A stretch of DNA of 63,138 bases, filler included, from Collodictyon triciliatum (taxonomy: Eukaryota): NCBI GenBank assembly GCA_043381765.1. It is 13 parts of 13 records of this genome, joined end to end, with 100 filler letters (N's around TTAATTAATTAA, not from the genome) between each part and the next. Parts side by side here need not be neighbours in the genome. Positions count along the whole stretch, not along the records: positions 21,769 to 27,089 come from JBHJMP010005296.1; positions 27,190 to 32,509 come from JBHJMP010005297.1; positions 32,610 to 37,928 come from JBHJMP010005298.1; positions 38,029 to 43,346 come from JBHJMP010005299.1; 9 more parts are not named here. The stretch is one strand, 5' to 3'. Shown piece by piece: positions 25,179 through 39,966 of this stretch. Made by a program: the position numbers and the translations under genes. The notes under the pieces were generated by a model. It was not told the DNA's origin. It ran no database searches and was given only the letters and a program-made list of their open reading frames with translations. Positions within the stretch are counted from its first letter, which is position 1; the number at the start of each line of letters is the position of its first letter.

Positions 25179-25549
25179 GAAATATCACGAATATGCAAAT
25201 ATACATGTACCCACACATTCCTTACTCCTATTCATCCCTCTTCTTAAGACTATCAAATTAAAGTAAAAAAAAAGTAAGATGTGAATCATTCGTTTTCAAG
25301 TTTTCGACGAAAGCATTTAATGCGTATAGGTTATTGTCAGAAACAAAGAGCAAAAACGTGTTTGTGTTGTTTGTTGGCCTTCACCTTTCCCTTCCTTTAG
25401 CATGCATATACATAGATATTAATGAATCTGAATCAAGCAAAAAAGAATTTCTTCAAGAGAAATATAAGGAAAAACACGATGACGTAAACTTTGCTTTCAT
25501 TTCAATAACACAGCTTGTGATATGCCACTGATATTTTCGGATTTTATTT

Positions 25550-26837
25550 TTATTCCTTGAGATTGATGCGAATCTTGACGATGACAGAGTTTGGCAAAAC
25601 AGGGTCGATGACATACAAAGTCTCGTTTTCCTCCACCAAATCCCTATTACAAGCAATTTATTAAAAAAAAAAAAGCAAAAAGTTTGTCAGGGGCGGTTCA
25701 TTTCCTTCTTTGCTTTTCTCTCTCATTTTTTGAAAAAGAAAAAGAAAAAGAAAGTCTGCTTCGCTGTGTGTTGCCTCCTTCACGGAGAGAAAATGTAATA
25801 ATCAAACTTCATCTTCTTGTCCAAATTTGGTCGGGTGCTTTCCTCGAGCTGTGGAACCATCTAGTTTATTTAATTTCTTTGAGTAATTCACCTTTTACTT
25901 TTCATTTTGCTTTCACAAACGATATACACATACAACAAATTAAACAGCAAATGTCACAAGATTAAAATCAAAGTTAGGTGAATATATTCGATAAAAATTA
26001 AAAAGTCATAGTATTCAATGTTATGTATTATTGTCTGGGATTGTGCGATATATTCTTTTTAAACAAAAATCTGATAAGGAAGAATGATGAGATGATATAT
26101 AATACCCTCATATATAGTGACTTTCCGTCTCCTCTGATTGAAGGTGACTTAAATTGGCTAAAGTGATTATTACTTTTATTTTTGAAAGTAACAACGAATA
26201 TTGTATTTTGATGTGTTCTAATACTTTATATTTGGGAAAGTTGAACGATTACAATCTAGAGTCCTCAGCCAGATGGCCGATAAATGTGCCCAATGTCTCG
26301 TCTGGTGAGCAACTTACGGAGTAAATATCACTACATACATTTTATTTCATTTCGAGTGTTTAAATTTGTTATAGGTCAACGTTCAGTAGTTATTTCAGGT
26401 TAGATGTTGCATGTTCGTTTGAATATTGAGAGTGACTAAAGGAGAAGCATTTTAGCAAATTTGATGAACTTTTATTATTCATAAATTACAATTTTTTTCT
26501 TACCCTCCGCAAACTGGACACTCTGGCTTCTTCTCGTAGGAAAAGGTGTAGAAATATATCCCTGTAATTATGCACAAGCCATGATGAATAGATACTGGGA
26601 GTATGGGAATATAAATAAACCATGCAAAAAAAAAAAAAGATAAAAAAGTATATGCGATACCATAAAAAAAACCCGAAAATCATAATTATGCTTTTAAATA
26701 GATATTACTTTAATCGCCATTTATATCCAATTTAATTCAAAACGAAATCAAACCTGTGGAGCCATTGAATTGCATGTAGTTATTAATCAAAGGTGCAGAT
26801 TGCGACGCGAGTTTGAAGGCTTCATTGACACACGAAG
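25550..26837 (-). CDS. UBA3: NEDD8-activating enzyme E1 catalytic subunit, last six exons
   Basis: The spliced product is SCVNEAFKLASQSAPLINNYMQFNGSTGIYFYTFSYEKKPECPVCG..FQFKSPSIRGDGKSLYMR..LEESTRPNLDKKMKDLV..IDP. This matches the UBA3 C-terminus and E2-binding domain. Confidence 0.88.
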
Positions 26838-27189
26838 CTGTTTTATAGTGTAATATGATAAGGTTGTTGGATACAAATAATTATAAACAAACAAACAAAC
26901 AAACAAACAAACAAACAAACAAACAAACAAACAAACAAACAAACAAACAAACAAACAAACAAACAATAACAAACAATAACAAACAATAACAAACAATAAT
27001 AAACAATAATAAACAATAATAAACAATAATAAACAATAATAAACAATAATAAACAATAATAAACAATAATAAACAATAATAAACAATAANNNNNNNNNNN
27101 NNNNNNNNNNNNNNNNNNNNNNNNNNNNNNNNNTTAATTAATTAANNNNNNNNNNNNNNNNNNNNNNNNNNNNNNNNNNNNNNNNNNNN

Positions 27190-27856
27190 TTGCCGCAAGG
27201 ACGATGCACACGAGCAGCAGCCGCGCCACAGAGCTCGCAGCCGCATCGGCAGCCAGCAGAGGCAGCACCCGCCGCACGAGCGCCCAGGCCACAAGCAGCA
27301 GGTTGGTGTCCAGCACCTGGTACCTCCGCAGCACGCGCAGCAACCCCCGCAGCGGGACTGCATCGTACGGGAGTTCCTCGCCCAGCACGCGGCCGAGCTC
27401 GCCGGGTCCCGGATCGGGGCTGCGGTTGTGGTCGTGGTTGTGGCTGTGCAATAGTCGCTCCACGCGCACAGCCATAGCCTCCCACTCGGCCTCGCCCAGG
27501 GCAGAGACTGCAGCCGGCTGTAGCTGTGGCTGTGGCTGTGGCTGTGGCTGTGGCCGTGGCTGTGGCTGTGGGGTGTGGGGCGCAGACAGGTCCTCGTGGG
27601 CAGAGTGAGGGCTGGGCGAGGCGGCCGGCAACTGCACCACAAGGACCTCTGCGGGGGCGCTGCGCGTGCGGCCCGGGTGCGGGGTGACCTGTGCAGGGCG
27701 GGGCTGCAATGTGCGGCGCAGATAGGAGCGCAGGCGTGTGAAGAGCGTGCGGTCGGGATGGTCCGGGTGCGGCTCTGCGCTGCTTGCCGGGGAGGGGCTG
27801 CTGCTGCGCTTGTGCGCGGGTGGTGGGGCGGTCAGGCTGTGTACGCGGGTGGGCAT
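27190..27856 (-). CDS. Cyclin-box protein (Pho80/cyclin-P-like), GC-rich, truncated by contig end
   Basis: LRGLLRVLRRYQVLDTNLLLVAWALVRRV..SVARLLLVCIVLAA resembles the Pho80-type cyclin helices (A..Y[IL]DR..N.HRLL[IL]..[IL][VL]AAK). Pro/Gln-rich N-terminus. Confidence 0.6.
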
Positions 27857-27875
27857 GGATGTTGGGCTCTGTGGT

Positions 27876-28018
27876 GGTTTGTGTGTGGATGTGTGTGTTA
27901 TAAGTTATTCGCCTCGTTCTTTGTTTTTGTTGTTGTTGTTGGTGTTGGTTTGTGTGTAGATGTGTGTGTTACAAGTTATTCGCCTCGTTCTTTGTTTTTG
28001 TTGTTGTTGTTGGTGTTG
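27876..28018. repeat. Tandem duplication of a 71-bp unit (two copies) just upstream of the cyclin-like ORF
   Basis: GGTTTGTGTGTRGATGTGTGTGTTAYAAGTTATTCGCCTCGTTCTTTG.. starts at 27876 and again at 27947. Confidence 0.9.
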
Positions 28019-28208
28019 TTCTCGAAGCTTAGAGGCTGGGTATTGGGAGTCAGATGATGCGTTTGGGTGGTGATCGGACTTTCGCCTCTTGGGCTCGCTG
28101 CTTGGGTGGTGAACCTGCTCTGCTTGTTGGTTGCACGGCAGCAATGGACGCCCAGTTCTTTGGCATTTGCGCTCTATATATATGGGCCAGTGTGTTTTTC
28201 TCTTTTTT

Positions 28209-28272
<64 letters not shown>

Positions 28273-29273
28273 GTTCGTCCTTTGTTGGGCTGTCGTGCGT
28301 CCGAGGGCAAAATTGTGCGTTTTGTATAAATATATATTGAAAGGGCGCGAGTGGCAAAAAAAAAAAAAATCAATTAAATGGTTGCTTTGCTTTTGATTAC
28401 TATTTTTTTTTGATTTTTTGGCTTTCATTTGGTTTCGTGGAAATTTAACAGAATTGATAAGGCGGTTGGGTGAGGGGATTGGGTTGCGTTTGTTGTTGGC
28501 AGGCTTGAGTTTTATCCTAAATTGGATTGTTTGGGAATGCGAATTTTGAAATGCTTTGCACAAAATATGTGCCAAAATTGGGTATTCATTGCTATGTCTA
28601 TATTTGGATTCAATTTAGGTATTTACTTTTGAATTTCTGGGGAAACGGAGAAATTATTCGGGCCATTTTGGAAATTACACGCGCGCATCCCAGAACATAT
28701 CCTTTTATTATTAATTTTAATGAATATAGCAAGAAAATGTGTGAATATATGAATTCAAATTATGTTCCGAATTTATTCCTATGTATGGATGGGCCTTTGC
28801 TAGCTATTTCACTTGAGCTCAACACGAACGAACTAATCAAAACTAGTATATCTACTATAATACAAAAAATCATAATTATTTAATATAGGAGAACATTATT
28901 GATTTGTTCAATAATAAAAAGACATAATGATATATATTATAATTTCCAGTTAAACAAATCACAGAGACAAGCAGAAACTCTTCAGACGCTCTCGTAACCG
29001 CCAGTATGTTCGAACCCAGATATGCTCCAATGATACCTCGTAAAACACAGAGAAGAAGCAAGATCAGCAGCATCGGAAAAGAAAGCCATTTTTTTTTTAT
29101 TCCCGAAGCACCTTGTTTTGAGATTCCCAAAGTCACAGGTTTCCCTTGACCATAAATCATTCCTCAAAGAGCTTTATGTTACGGACCTTCGTTTTTGCTT
29201 TCGGGCACAAAGGATTTTATCTGCCTCTTTGTTATTTTTTCCTTCTTTTTTTTTTTTTTTTTTTTTTTTTTTT

Positions 29274-29312
<39 letters not shown>

Positions 29313-29402
29313 TGAGACCGAGTGCGTTGACTGGAGCCCTCGTACCCTGACTTTTTGAGACTTGCTTTCACTTACGGTCGCCCGTCAGGGTATTTTCTGT
29401 AG

Positions 29403-31159
29403 ATGTCCGAGTCTGCTGCTATTCTGCGCCGAAACAGAGTTGGAAGTAAAAACGAAGAGCTGTTTCAATGGCCCGATCAAGATCTCTCCGAGATGGACAG
29501 TCCGATCGCTGCCCAACAATTCTTACAACAGCTAATTAGTACTGATCCAAATACCATTGATTTTTATTAGTATCCTTTCCAACTTTTGCAGATATTTTAT
29601 ATGACCCTGCGCTTTTTGAATCTTGTGGGATAAGCAAACGAAAAAAGAAAAGAAAAGAAAAAGAAAAAGAAAAGAGCAAACAAAAAAAAAAAGAAAAAAT
29701 CCAATAACTTGTATGAGTATCATACATAATATTTCTTTTCCTCTCATTCAAATTGGTTTCTTATTATTGTTTCTCAAAATCAAGATTAAAAACATTTCAC
29801 CGTAAGTGATCATAACAACTTTAACACAGGAAGCAAGAAGGAGCCTAAAGAGCTCGTCACTCCTCCGGAAGGGCAAGATCCTCATGTCTGGGAATATGAA
29901 CACTTGAGGTTTTTTTTTTAAAAAAAAAAACAGCTATAAAAATAAGGATGAAGGAAAAGATTCAATGATAGAACCGCTGAATGAAAGAAACGTTAATTTG
30001 GTCATCTTTTCGCTTTGTTTTCGTTTGCGTCATACAGCTGGTTATACTTATTCTCACCAGTACTTCACTAATCCATGTCGAATGATTGCAAAAGGTTAAT
30101 CTTCTAATCATGAAATATAGACAATTCACCCTGGAATTGACATCTTTTGTTGTCCATTTGGATGAGCTTTGTACCTCAACGACGTGTCCCAAAATGAAGG
30201 CCACCAACGAATATGAGTTTCTTTGTGCCGCACACAAACAACCTCAAGAAGTAATTTCCAGATTCTATTTTTCATCTTTTCTTCTTTGAAATACGCAATC
30301 ATATCTAATCTTTAGGTAAGCGAAAAGAAAAAAAACGACGTGCCACAAAATTTCCTTTATTTATTTATTTACTTATTTATTTATTTATTTATTTATTTAT
30401 AATCATTCATTCGTCCTCTATTTATTTGTTGCTCGTACATCAATCTTGATAAAATATCTAGTGCTGTGCTATCGACTATATGATTCACACATTGGATGGA
30501 ACAGCCGCACTCTTGAATAGCAATAAATGGTTCCCTAGCAGGTCTCTTCCTTTCACTTACGTGTCATTGTTCTCCATTTAATTCTCCCTTTTATGCTATT
30601 ACATTTTCATTTATCGAAACCATCCATTTAGTAAAACTATGGCTCTATTCCAAAATGCCTTTGTATTTAATTATTATTTCAAAGTAAAGTTAATCATTGT
30701 ATGCATTTGATTATTTTGATAATAATAAAAAAAAAACGATTATACTACAGGGTACAGATTCCAGAAGGCTCAGTGAAATACTTTGAATCCATTACCAGAA
30801 GATTGTACAGAATCTTTGCGCATGCATTCTTCCATCACCGCGAGGCTTTTGATGAATTTGAGGTTAGAATACATGAACTCACATTATTTTTTTTATTAAG
30901 AAACGATGAAATGAAATTGCCGTTTAGTTGAAAGCATTCTGCTATTCTATTCTCAACTCTGCTGGGGTTAAGAGATCCATTCAATTTATTCTAACTTTTC
31001 TTTTTCTTTTTCGTTTGGTGGTGTGTATATTTGACCTTCCTTCATTTATTTTTCTAGAACGAGACCAGGCTTTGTGAGAGATTTGTCATCTTTTCGGTTC
31101 ATTTCAATCTTATTCCTCCAAAAATGATGATTATCCCACTCTCTCATTTCAACTTATAA
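29403..31159 (+). CDS. MOB4: MOB4/phocein (STRIPAK subunit), complete, six exons
   Basis: [129 protein letters not shown]. Confidence 0.95.
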
Positions 31160-31461
31160 AATGGAGGTAGACATACCAACCGAGTCTATTTTCACTTTAT
31201 CGACCCTATCACAATTAATGAAGTGAAGAGAGAGAGAGGAAGAAATATAAACTCATCCCAGGGCTTAATACAGCCCAATATTCGCCCCTCTTTTGGTGGA
31301 GAAAGCAAGGAATAAAAAAAAAAAAAAAAACGGTGACATGGCAATATCGAGCTTTTATACGCGACTTTCTTGAGAATTTATGGGGGATGTTGTATGGGCA
31401 TGATGCAGTATCTATCTTGTTGGGCCATAAAACCAATTCATCTCCAGAAATATATCAACAT

Positions 31462-32055
<594 letters not shown>

Positions 32056-32364
32056 TTAACGCTTATATATGACCGGATGGATCTCAAACGAAGGGCGTTC
32101 AATAAATGGCAACGTTGTTGGAATCACGTGAAGCGGGTAGGTTAAGATATGTAGAAAGCGAGACAGAGTAAAAGAACCAAGTACAAAATACGTTGAAGAA
32201 GCATATGCACATCTCAATAGATTATTGTTTTTTTTTTCAAAAAAAAAAAAAAAAGAGAAAAGAGGAAAGGTGAGTATTCATCGCGAATCCATAAAGCCTA
32301 AGCTTACTTTGAAATATATTCGAGATGTCAAAAAACGTTTGCATTTTCATTAATATCACAACAG

Positions 32365-32509
32365 ATGAAGGAGCTCGGCGTGGATAGCTCTGAGGTCATT
32401 ATTGATAACATAGCTTTGATTATCGATGGAGAAACACTGCGCTTCGCATTAGATGGCTCCATTAAGATTGAATTCTTGAATCTTGCAAAGATATGTAAGG
32501 CTGTTATTT
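32365..32509 (+). CDS. Internal exon of a P4-type ATPase (phospholipid flippase)
   Basis: ALIIDGETLRFALDGSIKIEFLNLAKICKAVI matches the flippase motif ALIIDG.TL..AL..F..LA..C.AVICCR. It is preceded by a GTGAGT..ACAG intron (32270-32364). Confidence 0.8.
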
Positions 32510-32609
32510 NNNNNNNNNNNNNNNNNNNNNNNNNNNNNNNNNNNNNNNNNNNNTTAATTAATTAANNNNNNNNNNNNNNNNNNNNNNNNNNNNNNNNNNN
32601 NNNNNNNNN

Positions 32610-32705
<96 letters not shown>

Positions 32706-32748
32706 CATAAACAGTTAAATCAAATTCGTATAACAAATTTCATATGTA

Positions 32749-35700
32749 CCACTGCGCACGCGAAAGAGAATATCGTATGTCCTAAAGCTCGATATAGGAT
32801 CTCCACACACTTGAGAAAAGACCGTAGAGCTTTGTATAAAGCTGAATTGGTTATCAATCAATAAATCCCAAGTTTTATTATTTGTCAAGTATGTTGTATA
32901 GTTTTCATATTGTGATAGAATCATGAGCCTGTTACTGACGAATGCAGCATTCTAGTGATAGAATTCAAATTAATCAATAATGCTTTAGTGTTCTTTTTTA
33001 TAAATAAAAAAAGGTCTGTTAGATGTTCTGTCAAAAATAAAATACCTGCACTACTTCGATAGGTACTTGACGTCGAATATAAGAAGAAGAAAGAGCTTCA
33101 TTTTCGATGGATTCCATCAAATAAATTGCAGAATGAAACCCCTTAAAACTCAACATGTACCCTTGTTGTAAATATAACTTTGCAATAGATGAAGATGAAG
33201 TAAATGATTCTTTTTCTTTCGGTATTTCACTCCACATAATATAATTATCTGATATTATATCTGTCAACATATCTATCACCTTGGAATCATTAACGGAAGA
33301 AAAACCAGTGAGACTTTTTCTAAGATATGATTGAGAGCCAACAGCACCTTTAAAATATGTATAATGTTTAGTTCCTATTGGATTTGAATATGTCTAAAGG
33401 CTTCATTAATGATAAAAATTAACTTTATGAATTTTCAATTCCATGCATTTTATGGCATTCCTTTCACAAAATAGGAGATGATAATGTGATATATTCAATA
33501 GTATACTTAAGGATTCTAAAAGGATGTTGCTTAACATTAAAACTGTATGGGCATCTTTTGATATCTTGGCTGATTGATATTCAGTATTGAATATTTTTAA
33601 AGTATTTTTAACGATGTCGTTTGCTTTTTTGCAGACAATTGTAAGTGATTCAATCCTTGTGGATCCATACCTGTCCTCTATGTGAGCGTAAATTGTAATA
33701 TTTCCAGCAGGTAGATAAGTGGAGATGCTGTTGGAATTTGAACCGACAAGTAATGTTTTTGCCGTTGATAATTCAGTGGTATAATAATACGAGTACATTA
33801 GAGGAAAATCCGCAGGGCGGTCGTTCCAAAACAACGAGGTGATGGTAAAAAGTGTTTCAAGTCCAATACCAGAATAACCAGGTGAAACCTGAATAATCCC
33901 ACCACTAGGAGGAATGTTTGTAGATACTGAAGATTCTGAGAATCCGTATGAATCTCTGGTGGTTACTCGGAATTGAAAGATATACAATTGGCCGTCGATG
34001 AGGCTGTTTGGTCGAATGTAGATTATATTTCCAATGAGATTCAAAGTACTTACATTGCTTAAGTTTAATAGCTCATTATCAAGTGACCAACTGTATTTTT
34101 GGATATTGATAGGATCAATTAAAGATGTGGCTCCTTGTAAGACAATGCTATTTTTTTTCAAAATGAAGTCGCCGTAAGGTTCAACAAAGAGAAAAGTTTC
34201 AATTGGGAAATTATTGACAAATTGCAACCAAAATGAAGTGATTGAAGTTTGTCCTGCTTTTGAAACTGTCAGTGAAAAAGAAAATATTCCTTCTGGGAAC
34301 ATCATAGAATATATACTAAAAAAATTTTCTGTTCCATATTTAACTGTTAAACACGCATCTGGCATTTTATTGGTTATGCTTTTACAACTCCACTTATAGT
34401 AAAAAGGATCGTTCAAGGAATCGAAATCAATGGCCATGGCAGTGACATTAAAGTTTTGTTGTGAGCCAACTACTCTATTCCCACCAATAATGCTTACTTG
34501 AAATGGACTCTTCGAAATATTCAGCCGAATAGAATATTCATTTTTCGTTTTTTCTATTAAATTTTGAATTGTGCATCTGAGCATGATACTTTGGTTAAGA
34601 TATCTAGACAGACCATGAGTTTGAATGACTATCCTCCTCTGATTTAGTTGTTTGGAGTCTAATCCGAAGTTTTGATAAGAAATTCCTTCGTCCGGAAAGT
34701 CCCATTTCAAGTCCAGATATTGGCTATCCGTTTCTGGACAGAGCGATGGCAACAATGCAGCAGTAAATGAGTAACTTGTGGTGAGATATACCGGCACATG
34801 TTGAGGACCAAAGACAATTATGGATGGTGCTTTTCCAACACTACGGTATGCAGTCGCAGTAGTAGTAGATTTTAATCCAAACATATTCGAAACGGTCAGT
34901 TGAAATGTGAAATACTGATCAACTGGGAATGATTGGAATTCGACAGATTCGATGGAATAATTGATAATAGAGCTAGATTTCAATTCCAGAGATGACTTAA
35001 CCACAAAATAAGCCTCTTCTGTCATATTCTTGGGCTTTTCTAGAAAATTCCATTCAAAATTTATGTTATTTCCCCCTCCAAAAGATTGTGAGGCATCTAG
35101 CACTAGGGGCGAACAATCACCAAAGCTGTTTGCTGAGAGAACTGCTGTCGGCTTGGACCCTTTGACAAATCCTACAATCTTGGACCCAGATGAGGAGGGA
35201 TAAAGAATGCGGTCTTCTTTCCATTTTCCTCTTTGAACGATGACGTTATCCTTAATTGTAATGAAATCTATATTCACCCTGGGGTATTCAGAGATGATGA
35301 TTCTCATAAAGTTCAATGAGGGCCATATACAAGATGCTTTTAGGCCCACCAGCAAAACAGAGTTATGATCCAAAAAGTTGTGACAGCTATCTGAAAACGG
35401 CACATTCTGTATACCCATATTAGTATCCTGATCAAAGAGCAAATCTATAAAAGATGAATCAGTTCCATAATTCGCAGAAAGATACTGGACAGGTGTTTCC
35501 TGGAAGGCAAATAGAAAAAAACCTCTAATGGTTGTAAAACCATCCAATGATAGTGTCACGTTTGAAAAGTATGCTCTTGGGGAAGATGGCAACGAACACA
35601 GAGCAGTACTTCCATCAATTATTTTTGCCTTAGATGAGATCAGAGACTGTTCTGATGATGAAAAGAAACAAGTGGCGTACCTTCCGAACGCTTCGTTAAA

Positions 35701-37928
35701 CAAGTTACCAGATACGGTGACCAATGTTCCGCCTGTTTTTGGTCCAAAGATGGGGGTTACTAATTCCAATTGTGCATCATAAAAGAAGAAGCTTTCAGGG
35801 CCAACTTCTTTACCATTGAAAGTTTTGGTAGTCACTTTATACACTCCAGCTATCAGATCATTCATTTTATTTAGGGATAAAATATAGGAACCGTCCATTT
35901 GCATCGAGGCAACACTCTCAAATTTTGTTGGTCCGTTGAAGGTCACCAGGGGATTGGTGGATAAAAATTCTTCAGATCTAAACTTGACCTTAATTCCTCC
36001 ATTAATAGGAGCTAAATTTGGTTCGATTACGGTAAATCCAGTCGATAAAAATTTAAAAGCAGAATAATCATTAATAGTGCTATTTTGATAACCAACAGAG
36101 ACGATAATATTAACAGTCTCTTCTTTGCTCCAAACAGGTGGATAACACAAAATGATTTCATCACTCTTCCATATTGTAGAATCACATATTTTCTGATTCA
36201 AAAAAATTATTTGATCCGCTAAATTTGGACCAAAGTTTAATCCTGATATTGTTATAGGAGATGCGCCGATTAAACTTGAATTTAAAGGATTCGGATAAGA
36301 GACGATACTTGGAGGCAGGTAAGACCAGATGATCTCAGATGATGAAACATCATTTATCAAAACACGAAGCTTAAGGTTTTTTCCAATACCAGGTAGCAAG
36401 AAAACCTCTAAAAAACTGTCATTATTTTTTCCAGATGGATTCAATCGCATCCTTTTATCATCGAGAAAGACCGACATGAGAGAAATATCGACAGAACCCA
36501 AGTTTCTTCCAACCAAAGTTAGGATTTCTTTACCATTACTGGGTCCGTTCATAGGATGGACTGAAAATAGCTCTGGGCCAACATAGCTCCATAGAGAATT
36601 ACTTTCAGTGGTGACATAGTCAGTCGTAATTTGTATATTAAGCCCCGAACCTTTTCCAGGCGGAGATTTTACAATTATTTTGGAAGGGTGTGTATATTCG
36701 ATTTCAGTGGCATTACGCCCACCAATTTGAACGAACGGAGAGTTACCAAAGTTGGGACCAACTATCGTGATGAGATTCCCTCCACCAACTTGTCCTAAAG
36801 TGGGAGTTATTGATTCTATGACAGGAATATAGAACCATTGCAAATAAGTCGTAACCTGATTGGCCAATCCTACATTAATTTTTGTTACTCCCCCTATTTG
36901 TCTGCCAGGTGGGATTCTCAGAATAAATATTGTATTAAATCGAATCAAAATGTCGGAGAGAGGGACTACAACACCGCTGAAATCTACTAAAAAAGTGGAA
37001 TTGGTTCGAATAGTTCCAAAATTTCTGCCGACAATGGTAGCACGTGCTCCTCCATTAATAGGCCCCTGACGAGGCGTGATGAAAGAAATAGTGGGGGCTT
37101 GGAAAGAAAAACTGAGAGATGTGTTGGTTGCTATTGTAGAATAAATAAAGAGTTTGACAGAAAGGTCGGATCCACCCATATTAGGGGGATAAAACGTGAT
37201 GACCGTATCAGAATAATACATGCCCTGTACAGCCAGTGTTTCGCCGATTGAAATCATTGGGTTTGGTTCAATACCACTAAAAAATTTTCCGCAAATAGTG
37301 GCCACAACAGATACACCTGACTCTTGAATAGGTACATTTTTTGGGTGTATTGATTCTATCATGGGTTTGCGGTAACCAAATATCGCTGATGACTTCCCTT
37401 TTGTACCATTAAAGATAACGTTTACAAAAAAATCACCTTCAATAAAAATGTTCGAGAGACATATGGCCATAACATTAGATATTACTGAAGACGTGAAGCA
37501 TTTCTTTTTCCCAATAGCAACATAGGCCGAAGTATGAGTAGGAAATCCAACGCCAGATACAGTAATTAAAGTACCACCTCCTATGCCGCCGCATTTAATG
37601 TCAATAGAGGAGACCGTCCACATTTCATTTTTAGGAAATGAAAAAGTCGTAGAGCTTGAAAATGAGAGGGACGACTGCATTGATAACGACTGAGACACCT
37701 TAGCATTCTTATTACTGCGTGATATGACGTTAGATAGATTTCGTGATTTTGATAGCGTATAAATTGGGAATATAGATAAAGACTGAGACTGAGATTGGGA
37801 TTGGGATTGGGATTGGGATTGGGATTGGGATTGGGATTGGGATTGGGATTGGGATTGGGATTGGGATTGGGATTGGGATTGGGATTGGGATTGGGATTGG
37901 GATTGGGATTGGGATTGTGATTGAGAAT
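32749..37928 (-). CDS. Large surface protein with an (SQ)n linker, tandem IPT/TIG repeats and a REJ/PKD-like module; partial at both ends
   Basis: A 4.5-kb exon open from the contig end holds about eight IPT repeats (P.I..I.P..GP..GG..ITI.G.NFG). REJ-like motifs follow: LVLDASQSFG, IIGGNRVV, D.DS..F.YKWSC, N.PPSGG.I.VSP..G..L.T.FTI...W.D...PL.YSY. Further exons at about 33348-33048 and 32952-32749. Confidence 0.85.
37795..37916 (-). repeat. Coding hexamer repeat (TCCCAA)n encoding poly(Ser-Gln)
   Basis: In frame, with no stop, with the 1430-aa ORF (..SQSQSQSLSIFPIY..KVSQSLSMQ). Confidence 0.8.
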
Positions 37929-39966
37929 NNNNNNNNNNNNNNNNNNNNNNNNNNNNNNNNNNNNNNNNNNNNTTAATTAATTAANNNNNNNNNNNNNNNN
38001 NNNNNNNNNNNNNNNNNNNNNNNNNNNNATGTTTTTTGTTTTATGTTTTTTGTTTTATGTTTTTTGTTTTTTGTTTTATGTTTTATGTTTTATGTTTTTT
38101 GTTTTATGTTTTTTGTTTTATGTTTTATGTTTTTTGTTTTTTGTTTTATGTTTTTTGTTTTATGTTTTTTGTTTTATGTTTTTTGTTTTATGTTTTTTGT
38201 TTTTTGTTTTATGTTTTATGTTTTATGGTTTATTTTCTTCTTTCTGTTTTCTTCTTTTCTTCTTTTTCCTTTTTCCTTTTTCCTTTTTCCTTTTTCCTTT
38301 TTCCTTTTTCCTTTTTCCTTTTTACTGCCTTTTGCCAGACTCTACTCGTATCACGCCACTCTGTGCCACGTGTCCCTCCGTTGGGTGAATAACCACGCCG
38401 AAGCCTTCGGGCAACGACACCTCGCCTCACAAAAGGAGTCCAGTACCTCTGGGCCAAGGCGAACGGACTCCCGCCACCCGACGGCTGCATCTTCAGCGGC
38501 TCGCCCAATACAACCAGTCAGGACTCTGCAAGGACCCCTGCTGAAGCAACTCAAGACAAACCAAAGAGCTATCCAACTGGCTCAGCCCGCCTTCGCGGTG
38601 CTCTTCGAGGTGAGTCGGGCGCTCTTGCTTTCGGGCAAGAAGCGTGCGAGGCACAGCCGAAGAGCATTTCGAAGGACTAGAAGGTGGGTTTGATGACCAG
38701 AAAGAACCTCTGTGTTTTTGCCTGTAGAATCTGCAGTTGTTTATGTGAATTTGTGAATGTGTATCTTAATCTGTGATCGCGCATTCGTATGTGTTATTTT
38801 TTGGGTTTATTTTCTCGCTTGGCAGCCTAGAAATGAGCTGTATTTTAATCCATCATATGTTTATTGTCATGTATAGTATTAATATTGTGGAAATGAGTCT
38901 TTCTTTTCTTTTGGCTTCCTCTTTTCCTCTTATATCTATGTATACTTTCTTATCGATCTCTAACGCATCGTCTCTTATTCAGGAGGGCCCATTTGAGCTT
39001 GACATAATAGTTCTCTGACTTCGTGGTCGATGATGAACGCAATTGAATCACGCAAATTTTCAATAATACACTCAGAAGAGAATCGCATCTCCCTATTATC
39101 CTTGACTACTCATCAAGCAATGATTCATATATGACGTTTGTGTCTCACTGAAAGTTTGTTGACTGTTTCGCTCCTTTTGATCGTATGCAGTCAGCCAGTG
39201 CGCAGACTGAAAAGTAATCATCTATTTGGTTGTGTGACCTAGGATACAAAGGTTTTGACGTGCTCCTCTCTGGTTGTGTAAAACGAAGTCAATAAAAAAG
39301 GAACTAGAATCAATAACCGCTATTTGATGGGCATTACGTTCTGAAGGGATTTTTTTTTTATTTAATTTTTTATCGCATTTAATACCTGCTGAAGTTCTTT
39401 TGAGGTTTTGAATCCCCTTGCACACGGAGGCGGGCTCTCTGTATATTGCGCTTCCACTCCAAGTATTCTGATAATAGAAACTAGCTACGTTCAAGATATT
39501 ATAAGCAAAGCCTCGATTACTGCAAGGATACAACCCATGTCTTAACTCTAGAATAGCCACCACGCTTGAATAACGTAGTCTTTATATATAATCTTTTGTA
39601 CCACATCCCTTTTTAAATATATATAAATTACTGGGCGCAATTGAATCCCTAGTCCCAGAGACACCGTATTGTCATAGAGGGGCACAACCCTTTCTTTTCT
39701 TTATTTTCTCTCTGATTTGGCTGTGCTGTTTCTCGCCCTGTTCATAGGCCCGTCTCAAAGAGGTTCACTGTCGTCAAAACAAAAAGAAGAGGTGTAGTTG
39801 GGACACACACAGAGATGCAGACCGGGCCAACCATTATCAAATCGCCCATCGTGTTTTAAGGGCAGGAGATGAACCTTTTACAGACAGATGCGTGATTAAT
39901 CACGGACATAAACTTGCTGGTCACTATACTAACGTCACGTACACGTAAATCGTCACAGGTTTAGCT

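Noticed and set aside
37795-37916. Telomeric repeat
   Set aside because: GGGATT is the reverse, not the reverse complement, of TTAGGG, and the tract is in frame as (SQ)n.
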